From: Syntrophales bacterium
GTDB taxonomy: Bacteria; Desulfobacterota; Syntrophia; Syntrophales; UBA2210
Direction: 5' to 3'
Length of the DNA: 64,000 nt
NCBI GenBank assembly: GCA_963662405.2
Contig: CAXXKT010000001.1
Location: 640,001-704,000 of the forward strand
Part shown: positions 51,500 through 62,060 of the stretch, one piece after another
Layout of the letters: the number at the start of each line of letters is the position of its first letter
Position numbering within the stretch: position 1 is the stretch's first letter
Program-made: the position numbers and the translations under genes
The notes under the pieces: generated by a model
Databases searched by the model: none
Told to the model about the DNA's origin: nothing
The model's input: only the letters and a program-made list of their open reading frames with translations

Positions 51500-51742
51500 T
51501 GCACCGAGCTTCCCCGCATCCGTTTTTTCGTTCTCCTTCAGCGGGTGGGGGGGCCGATATATAGGCAGATATAACAAGCAGATTCTGTACCTTTGAAGTC
51601 CTGCCTCGCTTGGATCGGGGGGGTATTTACACAACAATCATTCCGGTTGAGGAAATACCCCCCGATCCTTTTTTCCTGTATAGGTGTGTTGCCAGGATGG
51701 AAGCAACATGCGTGGGTACGGCAGGCTCCCCTGTCCTTCCCG

Positions 51743-52189
51743 TTACGCCGGATCCGTTCCGGTCGGCAGGGGTTCATCTCCAAGAACCAGTTCGGGTTGT
51801 CCACGCGAGCGGCGAAGATGATTGATGAATCGGAGCGTGGAACCGCGGGTGACAAGCCACCGTTCGAACCGGAACTTCCCGGGGAAATTCATGAGCGCGA
51901 TCCCGAGCAGGATCGTCAGGATACCCTGGCCGGGAAGCACCAGCAGGGTAATGCCGGACAGGACAAACACGACGCCGAAAAAGTTTTTCACGATCTGGAG
52001 CAACAGCCATATAGCTGGCCGCTCCCGGTGTATCGTGGACAACCCGGGCCGTCTCCGCCCGGAGAAATAATCTTCCGGAATTCGGACCACCACCCACGGA
52101 ACGGCCGCCAGGGCTCCCGCGAACACCACGAGCGAGACCCCCGCTATCCCGAAAAAAAGCATCTCATGGTTCTGAATCCAGCCGAACAT
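51743..52189 (-). CDS. PGPGW-domain membrane protein
   Basis: RIPEDYF and LVLPGQGILTILLG..FPGK..ER motifs. Confidence 0.8.
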   Translation of the reverse strand: MFGWIQNHEMLFFGIAGVSLVVFAGALAAVPWVVVRIPEDYFSGRRRPGLSTIHRERPAIWLLLQIVKNFFGVVFVLSGITLLVLPGQGILTILLGIALMNFPGKFRFERWLVTRGSTLRFINHLRRSRGQPELVLGDEPLPTGTDPA

Positions 52190-52600
52190 TTACCCTCTCT
52201 TGCTCATCAGTTCAAAGATAGCGCCCCCCGGCCCTCCCGCGTCGAGATAGGCAAAACGTCCCGGGTCATGGATGAGAAGATTGGCGCCCTCCTCGACCAG
52301 CCGGGCGACTTCCGCGTCGACATCGTCGACGAAAAACCCGAGGTGATGGACCCCTTCGCCCCACTTGTCGATAAATTTCGACTGGAAGATTCGACCTTCC
52401 AGGGACTGCACCAATTCGATTTCCACCGGTCCCACATAGGCGAAGGCCATGCGGATCTTCCAAGGCCGCCCTTTGACATCCGTTCCCCCGTTTTCCTGAA
52501 ACGTCCAGGGACCGATGCCGTAGAGCCGGGACCAGGTCTCGATAGTCGCATCGATGTCGGTGACTGCGTAACTGATGTGATCAATAGATTGAATCTTCAT
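52190..52600 (-). CDS. VOC family protein (methylmalonyl-CoA epimerase/glyoxalase-like)
   Basis: IDHISYAV, EIELVQ, GEGVHHLGF and IFEL motifs. RBS GAGGAGG. Confidence 0.88.
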   Translation of the reverse strand: MKIQSIDHISYAVTDIDATIETWSRLYGIGPWTFQENGGTDVKGRPWKIRMAFAYVGPVEIELVQSLEGRIFQSKFIDKWGEGVHHLGFFVDDVDAEVARLVEEGANLLIHDPGRFAYLDAGGPGGAIFELMSKRG

Positions 52601-52612
52601 AACACCTCCTCT

Positions 52613-52673
52613 TGCTAATATGCTTTTCAGCAGTCGCGGTTTTTTCTGGTCCGCTGTAAAAGTCTTGTTAGGC
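52613..52673 (-). mobile_element. Integron attC site (R' degenerate)
   Basis: Minus strand GCCTAAC (R'', overlapping the stop), then CTTTT-A-CAGC...GCTG-AAAAG with one extrahelical base, then ATTAGCA. Length 61 bp. Confidence 0.7.
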
Positions 52674-53486
52674 TATTTTGCTACATTCAATTTCGTATCG
52701 TGTTTTTGAAATAGATATGCCATAAACCTCAGCATCCAGTCCATTTTTATGCACTATGTCTATTACTTCTGATTCTAAATTTGGAGCAGCATGCGCACCA
52801 ATATAAATACTTTTAATGCTGTCTTTGGGAATATCGAACAGATAAATTGGATACCCTGATTCATCTACGTTTGGCGACCTTTTAGTGCGTTCAGTAAAAA
52901 TCCTGAGCACCCTTACTTCTTCTTCATACGCCCAGTCGATTGGTTTTTCACACAACAACTTCTCATAGTAATCAAAGTCTTGCAGGGTAGGAGCGCTACG
53001 TTGCTTGGTATATCTTACTTGGCTTGGGCATGTTCCAAGGCCAAGATATGATTTTTGATAAAAGAATTCATGTGATTCATCGAAACCAATCACAAAACCT
53101 TTGTGGCGATCGGCATAATGAGTCCACATCAATAAATTACTAAATGTTCTTGAAAGAGAAAGTATACCGATCCTTTTATTTAACCAATCCATCAGTTCAC
53201 GTCCCACATTTGATGAGGACATTTTTTCAAGGAGATGAGATTTTAATGATCGAACTTCTTCATCCAATATTTTACAGTTCTCTGATGTTTTTTCTTCACC
53301 TACCGTGTTTTCACACAAATCAAATCTGTAACGTTCTATTTGATCCATTAAATCACTAATACTAGAACTCATGTCTATCAAAGGTGACCCCTCAAAAGGA
53401 TCATTTAATGCTCTAGGCTGGGAAAATCGAATCTCTAAATTCTTCAGAACTTGGACTCTATTTGGAGGTAAGTATTTATAAAACAT
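52668..53486 (-). CDS. DUF2971 domain protein carried as an integron-type cassette
   Basis: FYKY, LNDPFE, NLLMWTHYADRHKGFVIGF and K..DWAYEEEVR motifs. Visibly AT-rich. A GTTAGGT core site lies just 5' of the start. Confidence 0.85.
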   Translation of the reverse strand: MFYKYLPPNRVQVLKNLEIRFSQPRALNDPFEGSPLIDMSSSISDLMDQIERYRFDLCENTVGEEKTSENCKILDEEVRSLKSHLLEKMSSSNVGRELMDWLNKRIGILSLSRTFSNLLMWTHYADRHKGFVIGFDESHEFFYQKSYLGLGTCPSQVRYTKQRSAPTLQDFDYYEKLLCEKPIDWAYEEEVRVLRIFTERTKRSPNVDESGYPIYLFDIPKDSIKSIYIGAHAAPNLESEVIDIVHKNGLDAEVYGISISKTRYEIECSKIA

Positions 53487-53584
53487 GAGTTATCTTTATT
53501 GACCTAACAACCATCGTTTATCTGGATCCTGACAAAAACCCCAACACGGCAAACTTGCCGAATGAAACTCCTCACAAAAAACAA

Positions 53585-53617
53585 AAAGCCCATTTCTCAT
53601 CGTGAGAACAGGGCTTT
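53585..53617 (-). terminator. Terminator-like hairpin
   Basis: Minus strand AAAGCCC-TGTTCTCA-CGA-TGAGAAAT-GGGCTTT followed by a T-rich run. Confidence 0.55.
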
Positions 53618-54182
53618 CGGCAATCCGATCATAATCTCCCCCCTTGGACTACGATTAAGGGAATATACATGAGACATGGTTAATGAAGCAACGATACCGA
53701 TCTCTTAGCGTCATCATCGTATCCTGTCAAGAAATATTGCCGGCAACATGATGGATGTACGAGGCTCTCCGGAGATGTCGATGGAGACACCCGTGGTGCG
53801 CGCCGGGTCGCTGGCATTGTTTGTATTGGATAAGGATATTCCCGCTCAGATACACTGTATTCGGATCCCTGGAAACGGAACGTTCGCGATGCCCCCGAGG
53901 AGCCCCGGCAGGTTCAATCGGGGAAAGTGATCTGCATATCAGCCGAAAACCTTTTGAATTTGTTTTTAAAATTCGCGTTTACCTGCAGCCGTTTGTATGA
54001 TGTTGTTTCTCTCCGAGGCCGTTGCACGGAGATTGGTCAAATATCTGGTAGCATTCAAACGAAAATCATGATAGGCGCTACAGGGTAAAATGAACGGGGG
54101 TCATTCTTTCTTGAGTTGCCGGAGACAATAGGTATTTCGGTGCCTTTAACCATCAAAACATAGTATTAGGAGGAGGTAAAGT

Positions 54183-56057
54183 ATGTCAGTGAACACATTG
54201 GTTGATTCTCGTGATGTCCGCTTTGTTCTCTTCGAGCTGTTGGAAATGGAAAAGTTGAATCGGTATGAGTGCTTCCAGGATTTCGACCGCTCCGTTTACG
54301 AAGACACCCTGGAACTTGCGGAAAAGATTGCCGTCGAGCAATTCTATCCGTCCAACGTCGACGGAGACCAGATAGGGCTCAAGTACGATGCCAAGGAGCA
54401 CACCGTCACCGTACCCGAATCGTTTCACAAGGGATTCCAAGCGTATGTCGAAGCCGGCTTCCACATCCTGGCATTTCCTCAGGATGTCGGTGGAGTGGGT
54501 ATCCCCACCACGATCTCCATGGCGGCCGCGGAGTATTTTAACGCGGGGAACACGGCGCTGACCATGTACGGAGGTTCGATCACCGGCGCCATGGCCCTTA
54601 TCCTGAATTTCGGGTCCGACGAGCTGAAGGAGATGTTTCTCCCCAAGATGTTCGAGGGGACCTGGGGCGGCACCATGTGTCTGACCGAGCCGAGCGCCGG
54701 CTCCGACGTGGGCGCACTCAAGAGCAAGGCGGTCAAGCAGGCCGACGGCACCTATCTCATTACCGGCCAGAAGATCTTCATCAGCAACGGCGAGTCCGAT
54801 CTGACCGAGAACATCATCCATCCTGTCCTGGCCAGGATCGAGGGTGATCCTCCGGGGACAAAGGGGATCTCTATCTTCATCGTTCCGAAGTACCTGGTCA
54901 ATCCGGACGGCTCCCTGGGCGAGCGCAACGACATGTACTGCGCCGGCGTCGAGCACAAGATGGGGCTCAAGGGAAACGCCACCTCGTCGCTGGCCTTCGG
55001 CGAAGAGGGCAAGTGTGTCGGCTACCTCCTGGGTGAGGAGCGTCAGGGGATGCCGATCATGTTTCAGCTCATGAATTCGGCCCGCATCCACACGGGCGTT
55101 CAGGCCGAGGCTTGTTCCAGCGCCGGCTACATGCACGCCGTCACCTACGCCCGCAACAGGGTCCAGAGCGTTCATATCACCCAATCCATGAATAAGGCCG
55201 CCCCGCCTGTCAACATCATCGAGCACCCCGACGTCAAGCGGATGCTGCTGTACATGAAGAGCACCGTCGAGGGAATGCGGATGCTCTGCCTCTTCCTCGC
55301 CTATCACGAGGACGTCATGCACGCCTCGAAGGACCCCGAGGAGGTGAAGGCGGCGAAGGGGATCGTCGAGATCCTGACCCCCATCGTGAAGGCGGGCATA
55401 TCCGACGAGGCCTGGCTGGTCACGTCCGAGGCAATCCAGGTGTATGGCGGTTACGGGTACTGCAGTGAATACCCGGTCGAGCAGTACGCCCGCGACGTCA
55501 AGGTCCTCTCCGTCTATGAGGGTACGAACGCCATTCAGTCCCTCGACCTCCAGATGCGCAAGATCCTCATGAACCCCGAGATGTACAACTACGGGCAGCT
55601 CAGGAAGTGGATGAACGGGACAATCGACAAGGCCAAGGGTGTGGTGGACGAGAAGTACATCTCCCCCGTCGTCAAGGGGCTCGCGAAGCTCGACGAGATC
55701 ATTGAGATGATGAAGGGACAGCTGGGTGAAGGCAAGATCTTGGCCCTGGTCCTCAACGCCACGCCGTTCCAGCAGGCCATGTTCCCCCTCGTCCTGGCCT
55801 GGCTGCACCTGTGGAGTCTCACGATCACGACCCCCAAGGCGAAGGAACTCCTGGGCGACGCAAAGGGCGAGGAGCGCCAGAAGAAGATCGCGGAAGACGC
55901 CGAGGCGGCGTACTACAGCGGCAGGATGCTCTCGTCGCAGTTCTACATCGGCGCGGAATTCCCCAAATTCTTCGGCCGGGTGGAATGCATTATGAACAAC
56001 GAAGGGGCGGCCCTGAAGGTCGATTCGGCGAACTTCACCGGAGCGCCTCTGGAATAG
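54183..56057 (+). CDS. Acyl-CoA dehydrogenase (long about 600-aa type)
   Basis: GTMCLTEPSAGSD, GQKIFIS, EHKMGLKG, QVYGGYGY and YEGTNAIQ motifs. RBS AGGAGGAGG. Confidence 0.94.
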   Translation: MSVNTLVDSRDVRFVLFELLEMEKLNRYECFQDFDRSVYEDTLELAEKIAVEQFYPSNVDGDQIGLKYDAKEHTVTVPESFHKGFQAYVEAGFHILAFPQDVGGVGIPTTISMAAAEYFNAGNTALTMYGGSITGAMALILNFGSDELKEMFLPKMFEGTWGGTMCLTEPSAGSDVGALKSKAVKQADGTYLITGQKIFISNGESDLTENIIHPVLARIEGDPPGTKGISIFIVPKYLVNPDGSLGERNDMYCAGVEHKMGLKGNATSSLAFGEEGKCVGYLLGEERQGMPIMFQLMNSARIHTGVQAEACSSAGYMHAVTYARNRVQSVHITQSMNKAAPPVNIIEHPDVKRMLLYMKSTVEGMRMLCLFLAYHEDVMHASKDPEEVKAAKGIVEILTPIVKAGISDEAWLVTSEAIQVYGGYGYCSEYPVEQYARDVKVLSVYEGTNAIQSLDLQMRKILMNPEMYNYGQLRKWMNGTIDKAKGVVDEKYISPVVKGLAKLDEIIEMMKGQLGEGKILALVLNATPFQQAMFPLVLAWLHLWSLTITTPKAKELLGDAKGEERQKKIAEDAEAAYYSGRMLSSQFYIGAEFPKFFGRVECIMNNEGAALKVDSANFTGAPLE

Positions 56058-56082
56058 ACACACTTTCAACATCAAAGCTCAC

Positions 56083-56116
56083 ATGGCCTCACGTCCTCTC
56101 GGCGTGGGGCCATTTT
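56083..56116 (+). terminator. Rho-independent terminator
   Basis: ATGGCCTCACG...CGTGGGGCCAT followed by TTT. Confidence 0.6.
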
Positions 56117-56394
56117 ATGATGAGTGGGGAAATCTCGCCGTTTTTGATTCGGGATACGATATCGTGATCCTTGCGTGGTTCAAAAAAATCCGGTGGCACG
56201 GAGTGCCGGGCTGTTACCTTCACTTCTGCCCGGATACACTGGGGCAGAAATGATAAGCCCAAACAGATCTTTTTGCTAGAAAACATTTCTTGCATACTAA
56301 AGAGAATATTGTTAGTAGCTCTGGGGTTACTTTCGAGAAAGGGCATAGCAGCGGTGAAGGTAGCACAATAAAGAAAAGCGTGAAAGGATAAATT

Positions 56395-57576
56395 ATGAGA
56401 GAAGTAGTGATTGTGAGCGGAGCAAGAACGGCCATTGGGGATTATTTAGGATCGCTTTCGAGTCTTAATGCGGTGCAATTGGGCATTATTGCGCTCAATG
56501 GCGCGCTGGAAAAGGTGGGGGTTGATAAAAACCTGATTCAGGAACTGATCTGCGGCCATGTCAACCAGGCCGGTGCACCGGGAAACACCGCGCGCCACAT
56601 TGCAATGAACGTAGAATTGCCGGTGGAATCATTTGCCTTTACCGTGCATCAGCAGTGTGCCTCGTCGATGCGCGGCGCCGAGCTGCTGGCGCAGGAGATT
56701 ATGCTGGGCAAGGTCGATGCCGGCGCGGTTGTCGGTGTGGAGAGCATGAGCAGCGCCCCCTATCTGCTCTTCGGCGCCCGCAAGGGATATCGCCTCAATG
56801 ACGGCGAGCAGATCAAGGACAGTCTGATGATCGGCGGTCTGGTGGATGAGCTCCTCGGGTATCATATGGGGATCACGGCGGACAACATCGCCGATAAATA
56901 CAACATCTCCCGTCAGGAGCAGGACGAATGGGCACTGATGAGCCATCAGCGCGCCTGCGCCGCCATCGAAAAGGGCTGGTTCAAGGACGAAATCATCCCG
57001 GTCGAGATCAAGACCAAGAAGGGCACGACCATCTTCGATACGGATGAGCACCCCCGGGCCGACACGAACATGGAGGCGCTGAGCAAGCTCAGACCCGTCT
57101 TCAAAAAAGACGGCACGGTCACGGCCGGCAACGCATCCGGCCTGAATGACGCCGGTTCCTGCCTGATTCTGATGGCCGCCGAAAAGGCGAAAGAACTGGG
57201 ACTCACCCCCATTGCAAAAGTCGTCGCGTCGGCTCCCGGTTCGGTCGAGCCCCGCGTCATGGGGTTGGGCGTCGTTCCGGCGGTACAGAACGCCCTGAAA
57301 TTCGCCGACATGAAACTGGAAGACATCGATTACTTCGAGTTGAACGAGGCCTTTGCCGCGCAGGTAATCGGCTGCAACCGCGAGTTCAAGCTTGATGTTG
57401 AGAAGATCAACGCGGTCGGTTCCGGCATCAGCATGGGGCACCCCGTCGGCGCGACCGGTGCCCGCCTGATCGTGACCATGATGAACGAATTGAAACGGCA
57501 AGGCAAGAAATTCGGTTGTGCCTCTCTGTGCGCCAGCGGCGGACCGGGCCACGCGTTTATTATAGAAATGCTGTAA
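56395..57576 (+). CDS. Acetyl-CoA acyltransferase (thiolase)
   Basis: QCASS, TAGNASGLND, NEAFA, GHPVGATG and LCASGG motifs. Confidence 0.95.
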   Translation: MREVVIVSGARTAIGDYLGSLSSLNAVQLGIIALNGALEKVGVDKNLIQELICGHVNQAGAPGNTARHIAMNVELPVESFAFTVHQQCASSMRGAELLAQEIMLGKVDAGAVVGVESMSSAPYLLFGARKGYRLNDGEQIKDSLMIGGLVDELLGYHMGITADNIADKYNISRQEQDEWALMSHQRACAAIEKGWFKDEIIPVEIKTKKGTTIFDTDEHPRADTNMEALSKLRPVFKKDGTVTAGNASGLNDAGSCLILMAAEKAKELGLTPIAKVVASAPGSVEPRVMGLGVVPAVQNALKFADMKLEDIDYFELNEAFAAQVIGCNREFKLDVEKINAVGSGISMGHPVGATGARLIVTMMNELKRQGKKFGCASLCASGGPGHAFIIEML

Positions 57577-57580
57577 TACA

Positions 57581-57622
57581 TCGTTTGGGTCGGGCCAATA
57601 TCTCTTGGCCCGACCCAAACGA
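57581..57622. terminator. Perfect 18-bp hairpin between convergent genes (likely bidirectional terminator)
   Basis: TCGTTTGGGTCGGGCCAA-N6-TTGGCCCGACCCAAACGA. Confidence 0.75.
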
Positions 57623-57688
57623 TTTCCTTGTTTCCTCCTCGAATTCCTTATCGAAGAAGATCTGATCCAGAATGGCAAGAGAGGGAAA

Positions 57689-58222
57689 TTACATCCTCCC
57701 TTGGCGACCCTTTTCCAACCTGGCCCGCAGCCACTGTCTTTCGATTTCCTTGTATATGTTAACCAACGATTCAGGGGGGTTCAGTTCCCCCTCTCTCAGT
57801 GAATCAAGAAACAGAATGCCGTACCGATTATTGTTTCGCCGGCGGACAAGTCCCATGAGCGTCGAGACTTTCTCGTTTAATCGAAGTTCTATGCTGAGTG
57901 TGGTATCTATCGGTAAGTCTATCACCGCTGATGGGGAAAGCTCGATCAGAATCCCTACCAGGCTGATATCCACAGGGGTTGCCGACCTGGTTTTCCCCTT
58001 CAGTGTAAATCGAACCATAAGACCGGCCGAGCGGGGAACAGCGACTCGAAATGCCCTCCGTCGTTCAGTCGCATCCTGATTCAGCAAGCTCAGGAAATCG
58101 ATAAGCTCATCTATTGCGCTGGTTGGCAGAGTAATCGGTGCATCCGGTTTATCTTCACGCAGGAAAGTTACAGCATTGTTCTCCCAAAAGACCTTGATGT
58201 TTTTTATCGTAATCTCCGGCAT
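57689..58222 (-). CDS. PilZ domain protein
   Basis: ERRRAFR and DISLVG (RxxxR, D/NxSxxG) motifs, plus YGILF. Confidence 0.8.
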   Translation of the reverse strand: MPEITIKNIKVFWENNAVTFLREDKPDAPITLPTSAIDELIDFLSLLNQDATERRRAFRVAVPRSAGLMVRFTLKGKTRSATPVDISLVGILIELSPSAVIDLPIDTTLSIELRLNEKVSTLMGLVRRRNNNRYGILFLDSLREGELNPPESLVNIYKEIERQWLRARLEKGRQGRM

Positions 58223-58767
58223 CGGTTCCCCCTCCCGATATCAGATAGTTACCCCTGTCTTGCTTTACCTCAAAACCGGAAAGACTCCCCCTGTGAGACT
58301 TTTATATCTGATTCTGAAATGCAAAAAAAGGTCTTGGGTAGCAGGTGGGGTTTTATAACAAACACATCGGTTTGTTTGGTGAAATCTTTAGCGGTGACAA
58401 TTTATTGTTGCTCCAACAGAAAGAGAGGTTTTGAGACAGACGAAAATGGCTGGGAAAGCTTTTCATGTCCAAAAGAGGCGTAGGCCACGGGCCTGAAGAG
58501 TAGACATCACACCCCCGCCGCTTTTCACAAAATCGTGGAGAGTGCCATATACAATGTGGATGGGGAAAATACTCCTCATCTGCCATCTAGCGCCAGTGAC
58601 CGTCGATCCATCGTCCTTTGGATCCGCAATGTCCCGGAACCCACACGGCCCCCGGCTTGGGGGGTCTGATATAGCACGAGGTTGCTAAAAACGCGGGCAT
58701 GACCGCGAAGCACACGAAAAAGGCGATCCTTGATTTTCTGAACATTCTATTCTCCTTGATACATGGT

Positions 58768-59460
58768 TTACATTGCGCCGGACCTTACAACCCCGAGTCG
58801 TAACATCAGCAGGCCCCCTTTGGAGATTGACAGTCCTTTACCCACAGGCAGTGGTCCTTCCATGCCCTTGAGGAGGACGGAGAGATCGTATGTCCCGGGG
58901 GGGACCGCAAAGACCTTCCAGAGAGGGTAGTTGTTGTCCCATCTCCTCCGCACCTGCAGAGCGGGTGTCTCGCCTCCGGCCGGAACGAGATTCCAACCCT
59001 GGACATTGACATCCTTCCCCGTCGGTTTCTGCAGTCCGATACCTGAATCGATCGTGACAATGGATTCCCTGCCCGTTTCTATCGTGATGTCGTGTGCGAC
59101 AGCAGTGGGGCCAGGGCTTCTCGAATAGGCAAAAGAGAGCGAGTACGCACCCAGGGGGAGAGGTTTTGGTTTGAAGAGATAGCAACCATTCCCGTGGTGG
59201 TGGAGGGTCAAGAGGGGATCAGGTGCCCCCTTTCGGTAGACATTGACGGCGTCGACGGGTATTCCCTTCAGCGAGTCAGCGACATTGAAAGTCATAACCC
59301 CCAGTTCTAATGTGGCGGTTTCTCCCCCCGTAACAGTGACAGTCCCGAAGGATACCTCTGTGGATTCCTGGTAATTGGGATTGGCGAATGCCGCGACGAT
59401 CTCGTAATCTCCGGCGAGGAGGGGATGCGTCGAATCCCACGACACAAGAGGTCCACGCAC
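58768..59460 (-). pseudogene. Probable truncated C-terminal part of a larger extracellular beta-rich protein
   Basis: Repeated (L/P)xGxYx(I/L) beta-sandwich-like motifs. No RBS or signal peptide, and it starts just after the upstream ligase stop. Confidence 0.45.
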
Positions 59461-59532
59461 AACACGCGTTCCTTGGTATCATTTCCGAATACGTTCTGGT
59501 TTCTCGGAGATATAACGGCGTTGACCGGCGGA

Positions 59533-61548
59533 TCAGTTGACATACATGCGTGCTATCTCATCGTGAAATTTCTCAAAGATAACCCTGCGCTTGAGCTTTA
59601 ACGTGGGAGTCAATTCACCCGATTCGATGCTGAAGGATCTCCGCAGCACCGTATAATACTGGATTCGTTCATGATGAGACAGTGTTGCGTTGACTTCATC
59701 CACCTGCCGCTTGATCAGCTCCTGAGCCTGCTCATGTATGATAAGGTCTCCATCGGGACATGTCGGGATGCCGTTCTGCTTGAAAAAACGACGGATCTCC
59801 TGGAAGTCAGGAACGATCAAAGCGGAGATATATTTGCGCGCGTCGCCGACGAGACAGGCCTGATCTATATAAGGTCTGGCCGTCACTGCCAGCTCGATGG
59901 GATGCGGGGCTATATTCTTACCGCCCGAGGTAACCATAAGATCTTTTTTCCTATCAGTAATCACGAGGAATCCTTCGTGATCGAATCCTCCGATATCACC
60001 GGTCTTGAACCATCCGTCATCGGTGAAGGCCTCGGCGGTTGCCTCAGGTAAATTCCAGTATTCTCTGAACACTTGAGGACCCTTGACCAAGATTTCACCG
60101 TCTTCTGCAATTTTTTCCTCTGTCCAGAGGACCGGCTTGCCGACGGTGCCGGGTTTGATCTGGAGTTTGTGGGCAACCGTATTATATGCCAGGGCAAGAC
60201 CCAGGGAACGGATCGGATTGGTATAGGGTGATAATCCTCGGGACTGCTTGGTAACCATCAAGTCGACCGTCAGATCGATCATCTTGCCGCCAAACCACCC
60301 GACCTTGTCGATATCGAAGCTGCCGGTGAATTCGGGCTCGTTGAAGTTGATAACTGGCGACGTTTCCGTCAGTCCGTACCCTTCACTGAGTTGAATGCCC
60401 AGGGCACGGATGAAAATGCATACATCTCTGGAGAGTTTGCCGCCCCCTGATATGCCCAGTACGACGCGATCGAGGCCTGCTATTTTCCTGATTTTATTAA
60501 AGACAACCCTGTTGGCCAGGGCGAATTGCATCAGGTCGAATTGACCCATGCGTGTGGCAGTCGCCATGGCGTTGGTATATTCCCCGCCAAGACCCATCGC
60601 CCAGTGAAAAACGGATCGAGCGGTTTTGCTCCGCCGGGAGACAATTGATCGTGTGAAATCATATATTTTTTCCCATAACCGGGGAATACTGGCAATGACA
60701 TTCGGTCTGACTTCCCGAAGATTTTCCGGTATTTTTTCAAAACTTTCAGCGAATACGAGGATACTTCCCTGTCGAAGCGCACCCACGTGGTAATCGCTTG
60801 TTCTGCCGAACACGTGACACAGCGGCAGATGAACAAGGTGTGTCATGTGAAGGTCTTTTTCTCGCTGACGACGCATGAGCGTGGAACCGGAGCACTGGTG
60901 AAGATTGGATACCCAATTCTTCTGGGTAAGGACAACGCCCTTCGGGATTCCCGTGGTTCCCGATGTATATATGATGGAGGCGACATCTTCGGGGGCAACG
61001 GTCCGTATCCTGTTCTCCAGTTCTCGATCGCTGATTCCTTGTTTCCCCAGAGTCATGACGTCGTCAAAGGTGAAAACCCCTTCCGGCTTGGCGTCATCCC
61101 AACGACCCATGACGACGATTATTTCCACAGGGGTTCCCTGCGCCTGTGCCTTAAGGACCATTTCCCCCTTCTCAGAGGTAGAGACGATAACAACCCGGGC
61201 CTGGCTGTCCGATGTCATGTATCTCAGTTCTTCCACGGTCAATGAGGGATAGAGCGGAACACCAATCGCCCCGCAGGCCTGAATAGCCTGATCGGCGATG
61301 ATCCATCTTGGTCTGCTTTCTGAAAAAAGAATGACGCGATCCCCTCGGTTTAATCCGAGGCAAATCAAACCCTTGGCAAGGGACATCACTTCCCGGCGCG
61401 TTTCCGCCCAGTTTCGTGAATGCCATGTGCTGCTTGGATCTCCATTCCGGTCAAACTTGGCACGGAGCATCTCGACCTGATCCCCATAACGCAGCGCCTG
61501 ATTATGAAACATACCGCATATGGTATCCTCTCCGTACGTCATGCTCAT
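59533..61548 (-). CDS. Long-chain fatty acid-CoA ligase (AMP-dependent synthetase)
   Basis: YTSGTTGIPKGV, EGYGLTET, WFKTGDIG, DRKKD and ELTPTLKLKR motifs. Confidence 0.93.
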   Translation of the reverse strand: MSMTYGEDTICGMFHNQALRYGDQVEMLRAKFDRNGDPSSTWHSRNWAETRREVMSLAKGLICLGLNRGDRVILFSESRPRWIIADQAIQACGAIGVPLYPSLTVEELRYMTSDSQARVVIVSTSEKGEMVLKAQAQGTPVEIIVVMGRWDDAKPEGVFTFDDVMTLGKQGISDRELENRIRTVAPEDVASIIYTSGTTGIPKGVVLTQKNWVSNLHQCSGSTLMRRQREKDLHMTHLVHLPLCHVFGRTSDYHVGALRQGSILVFAESFEKIPENLREVRPNVIASIPRLWEKIYDFTRSIVSRRSKTARSVFHWAMGLGGEYTNAMATATRMGQFDLMQFALANRVVFNKIRKIAGLDRVVLGISGGGKLSRDVCIFIRALGIQLSEGYGLTETSPVINFNEPEFTGSFDIDKVGWFGGKMIDLTVDLMVTKQSRGLSPYTNPIRSLGLALAYNTVAHKLQIKPGTVGKPVLWTEEKIAEDGEILVKGPQVFREYWNLPEATAEAFTDDGWFKTGDIGGFDHEGFLVITDRKKDLMVTSGGKNIAPHPIELAVTARPYIDQACLVGDARKYISALIVPDFQEIRRFFKQNGIPTCPDGDLIIHEQAQELIKRQVDEVNATLSHHERIQYYTVLRRSFSIESGELTPTLKLKRRVIFEKFHDEIARMYVN

Positions 61549-61705
61549 CCTCGTCCCACATTTTTTGCATAACACAATCTCTTTTGAGAGAATACTCCCC
61601 TTCCTCCCTATGTTCAAGTATCCCGGACCGGATCCGGATCATGCCCGGTACGGCAAGGTGGGGTTTCCTTCGTCACGCATGGCGGAACCGCGCGCTATGC
61701 GTCAC

Positions 61706-61736
61706 AAAAAAGCCCCCGTCTTTTGAGACGGGGGCC
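61706..61736 (-). terminator. Rho-independent terminator
   Basis: Minus strand GCCCCCGTC-TCAAAA-GACGGGGGC-TTTTTT. Confidence 0.8.
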
Positions 61737-61764
61737 GTAATGTTGCTGTGATTTTTCTATTTGG

Positions 61765-62025
61765 CTACCATCGTTCCTTCTTCTGCCGCTCCATGGTGAG
61801 CTTGGCCTCTCCGTAGAGCCTCCAGATGCACAGACCGACGGCGAGAAAGAAAAGCCCGAACATGAAGCCGGGTTCGGTATTGAACCGGGTGTCGATCCAG
61901 CGGCCCACGTAGAGGAACAGAAACGAAGAAGCGACGATCACGAACCCCCATACGCTGATCTGCAATATCTGAGTCAGGTTCGATCTCCAGTTTATCGCAC
62001 TATGGTGGTGATGTGTGGCGATCAT
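61765..62025 (-). CDS. AtpZ/AtpI (ATPase gene 1)-like small membrane protein
   Basis: Two TM helices joined by GRWIDTRFNTEP. RBS AGGAGG. Confidence 0.75.
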   Translation of the reverse strand: MIATHHHHSAINWRSNLTQILQISVWGFVIVASSFLFLYVGRWIDTRFNTEPGFMFGLFFLAVGLCIWRLYGEAKLTMERQKKERW

Positions 62026-62060
62026 TGTTCGTGTCCTCCTTTCGTATATGCTTACCCTCT

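Noticed and set aside
51593..52618. 341-aa + strand ORF
   Set aside because: It is antisense to two well-supported genes (PGPGW and VOC) and has no motifs of its own.
53545..53575. GGCAAAC as the start of a c-di-GMP-I riboswitch
   Set aside because: There is no GAAA tetraloop stem and no second hairpin of the GEMM motif.
54089..54105. AATGA-N7-TCATT palindrome upstream of the acyl-CoA dehydrogenase
   Set aside because: It is a plausible fatty-acid regulator site, but it is a single short copy with no second instance found in the window.
54186..56075. 629-aa antisense ORF
   Set aside because: It mirrors the acyl-CoA dehydrogenase, is explained by codon bias in GC-rich genes, and has no recognisable motifs.
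56629..57678. 349-aa antisense ORF
   Set aside because: It is a shadow of the thiolase gene.
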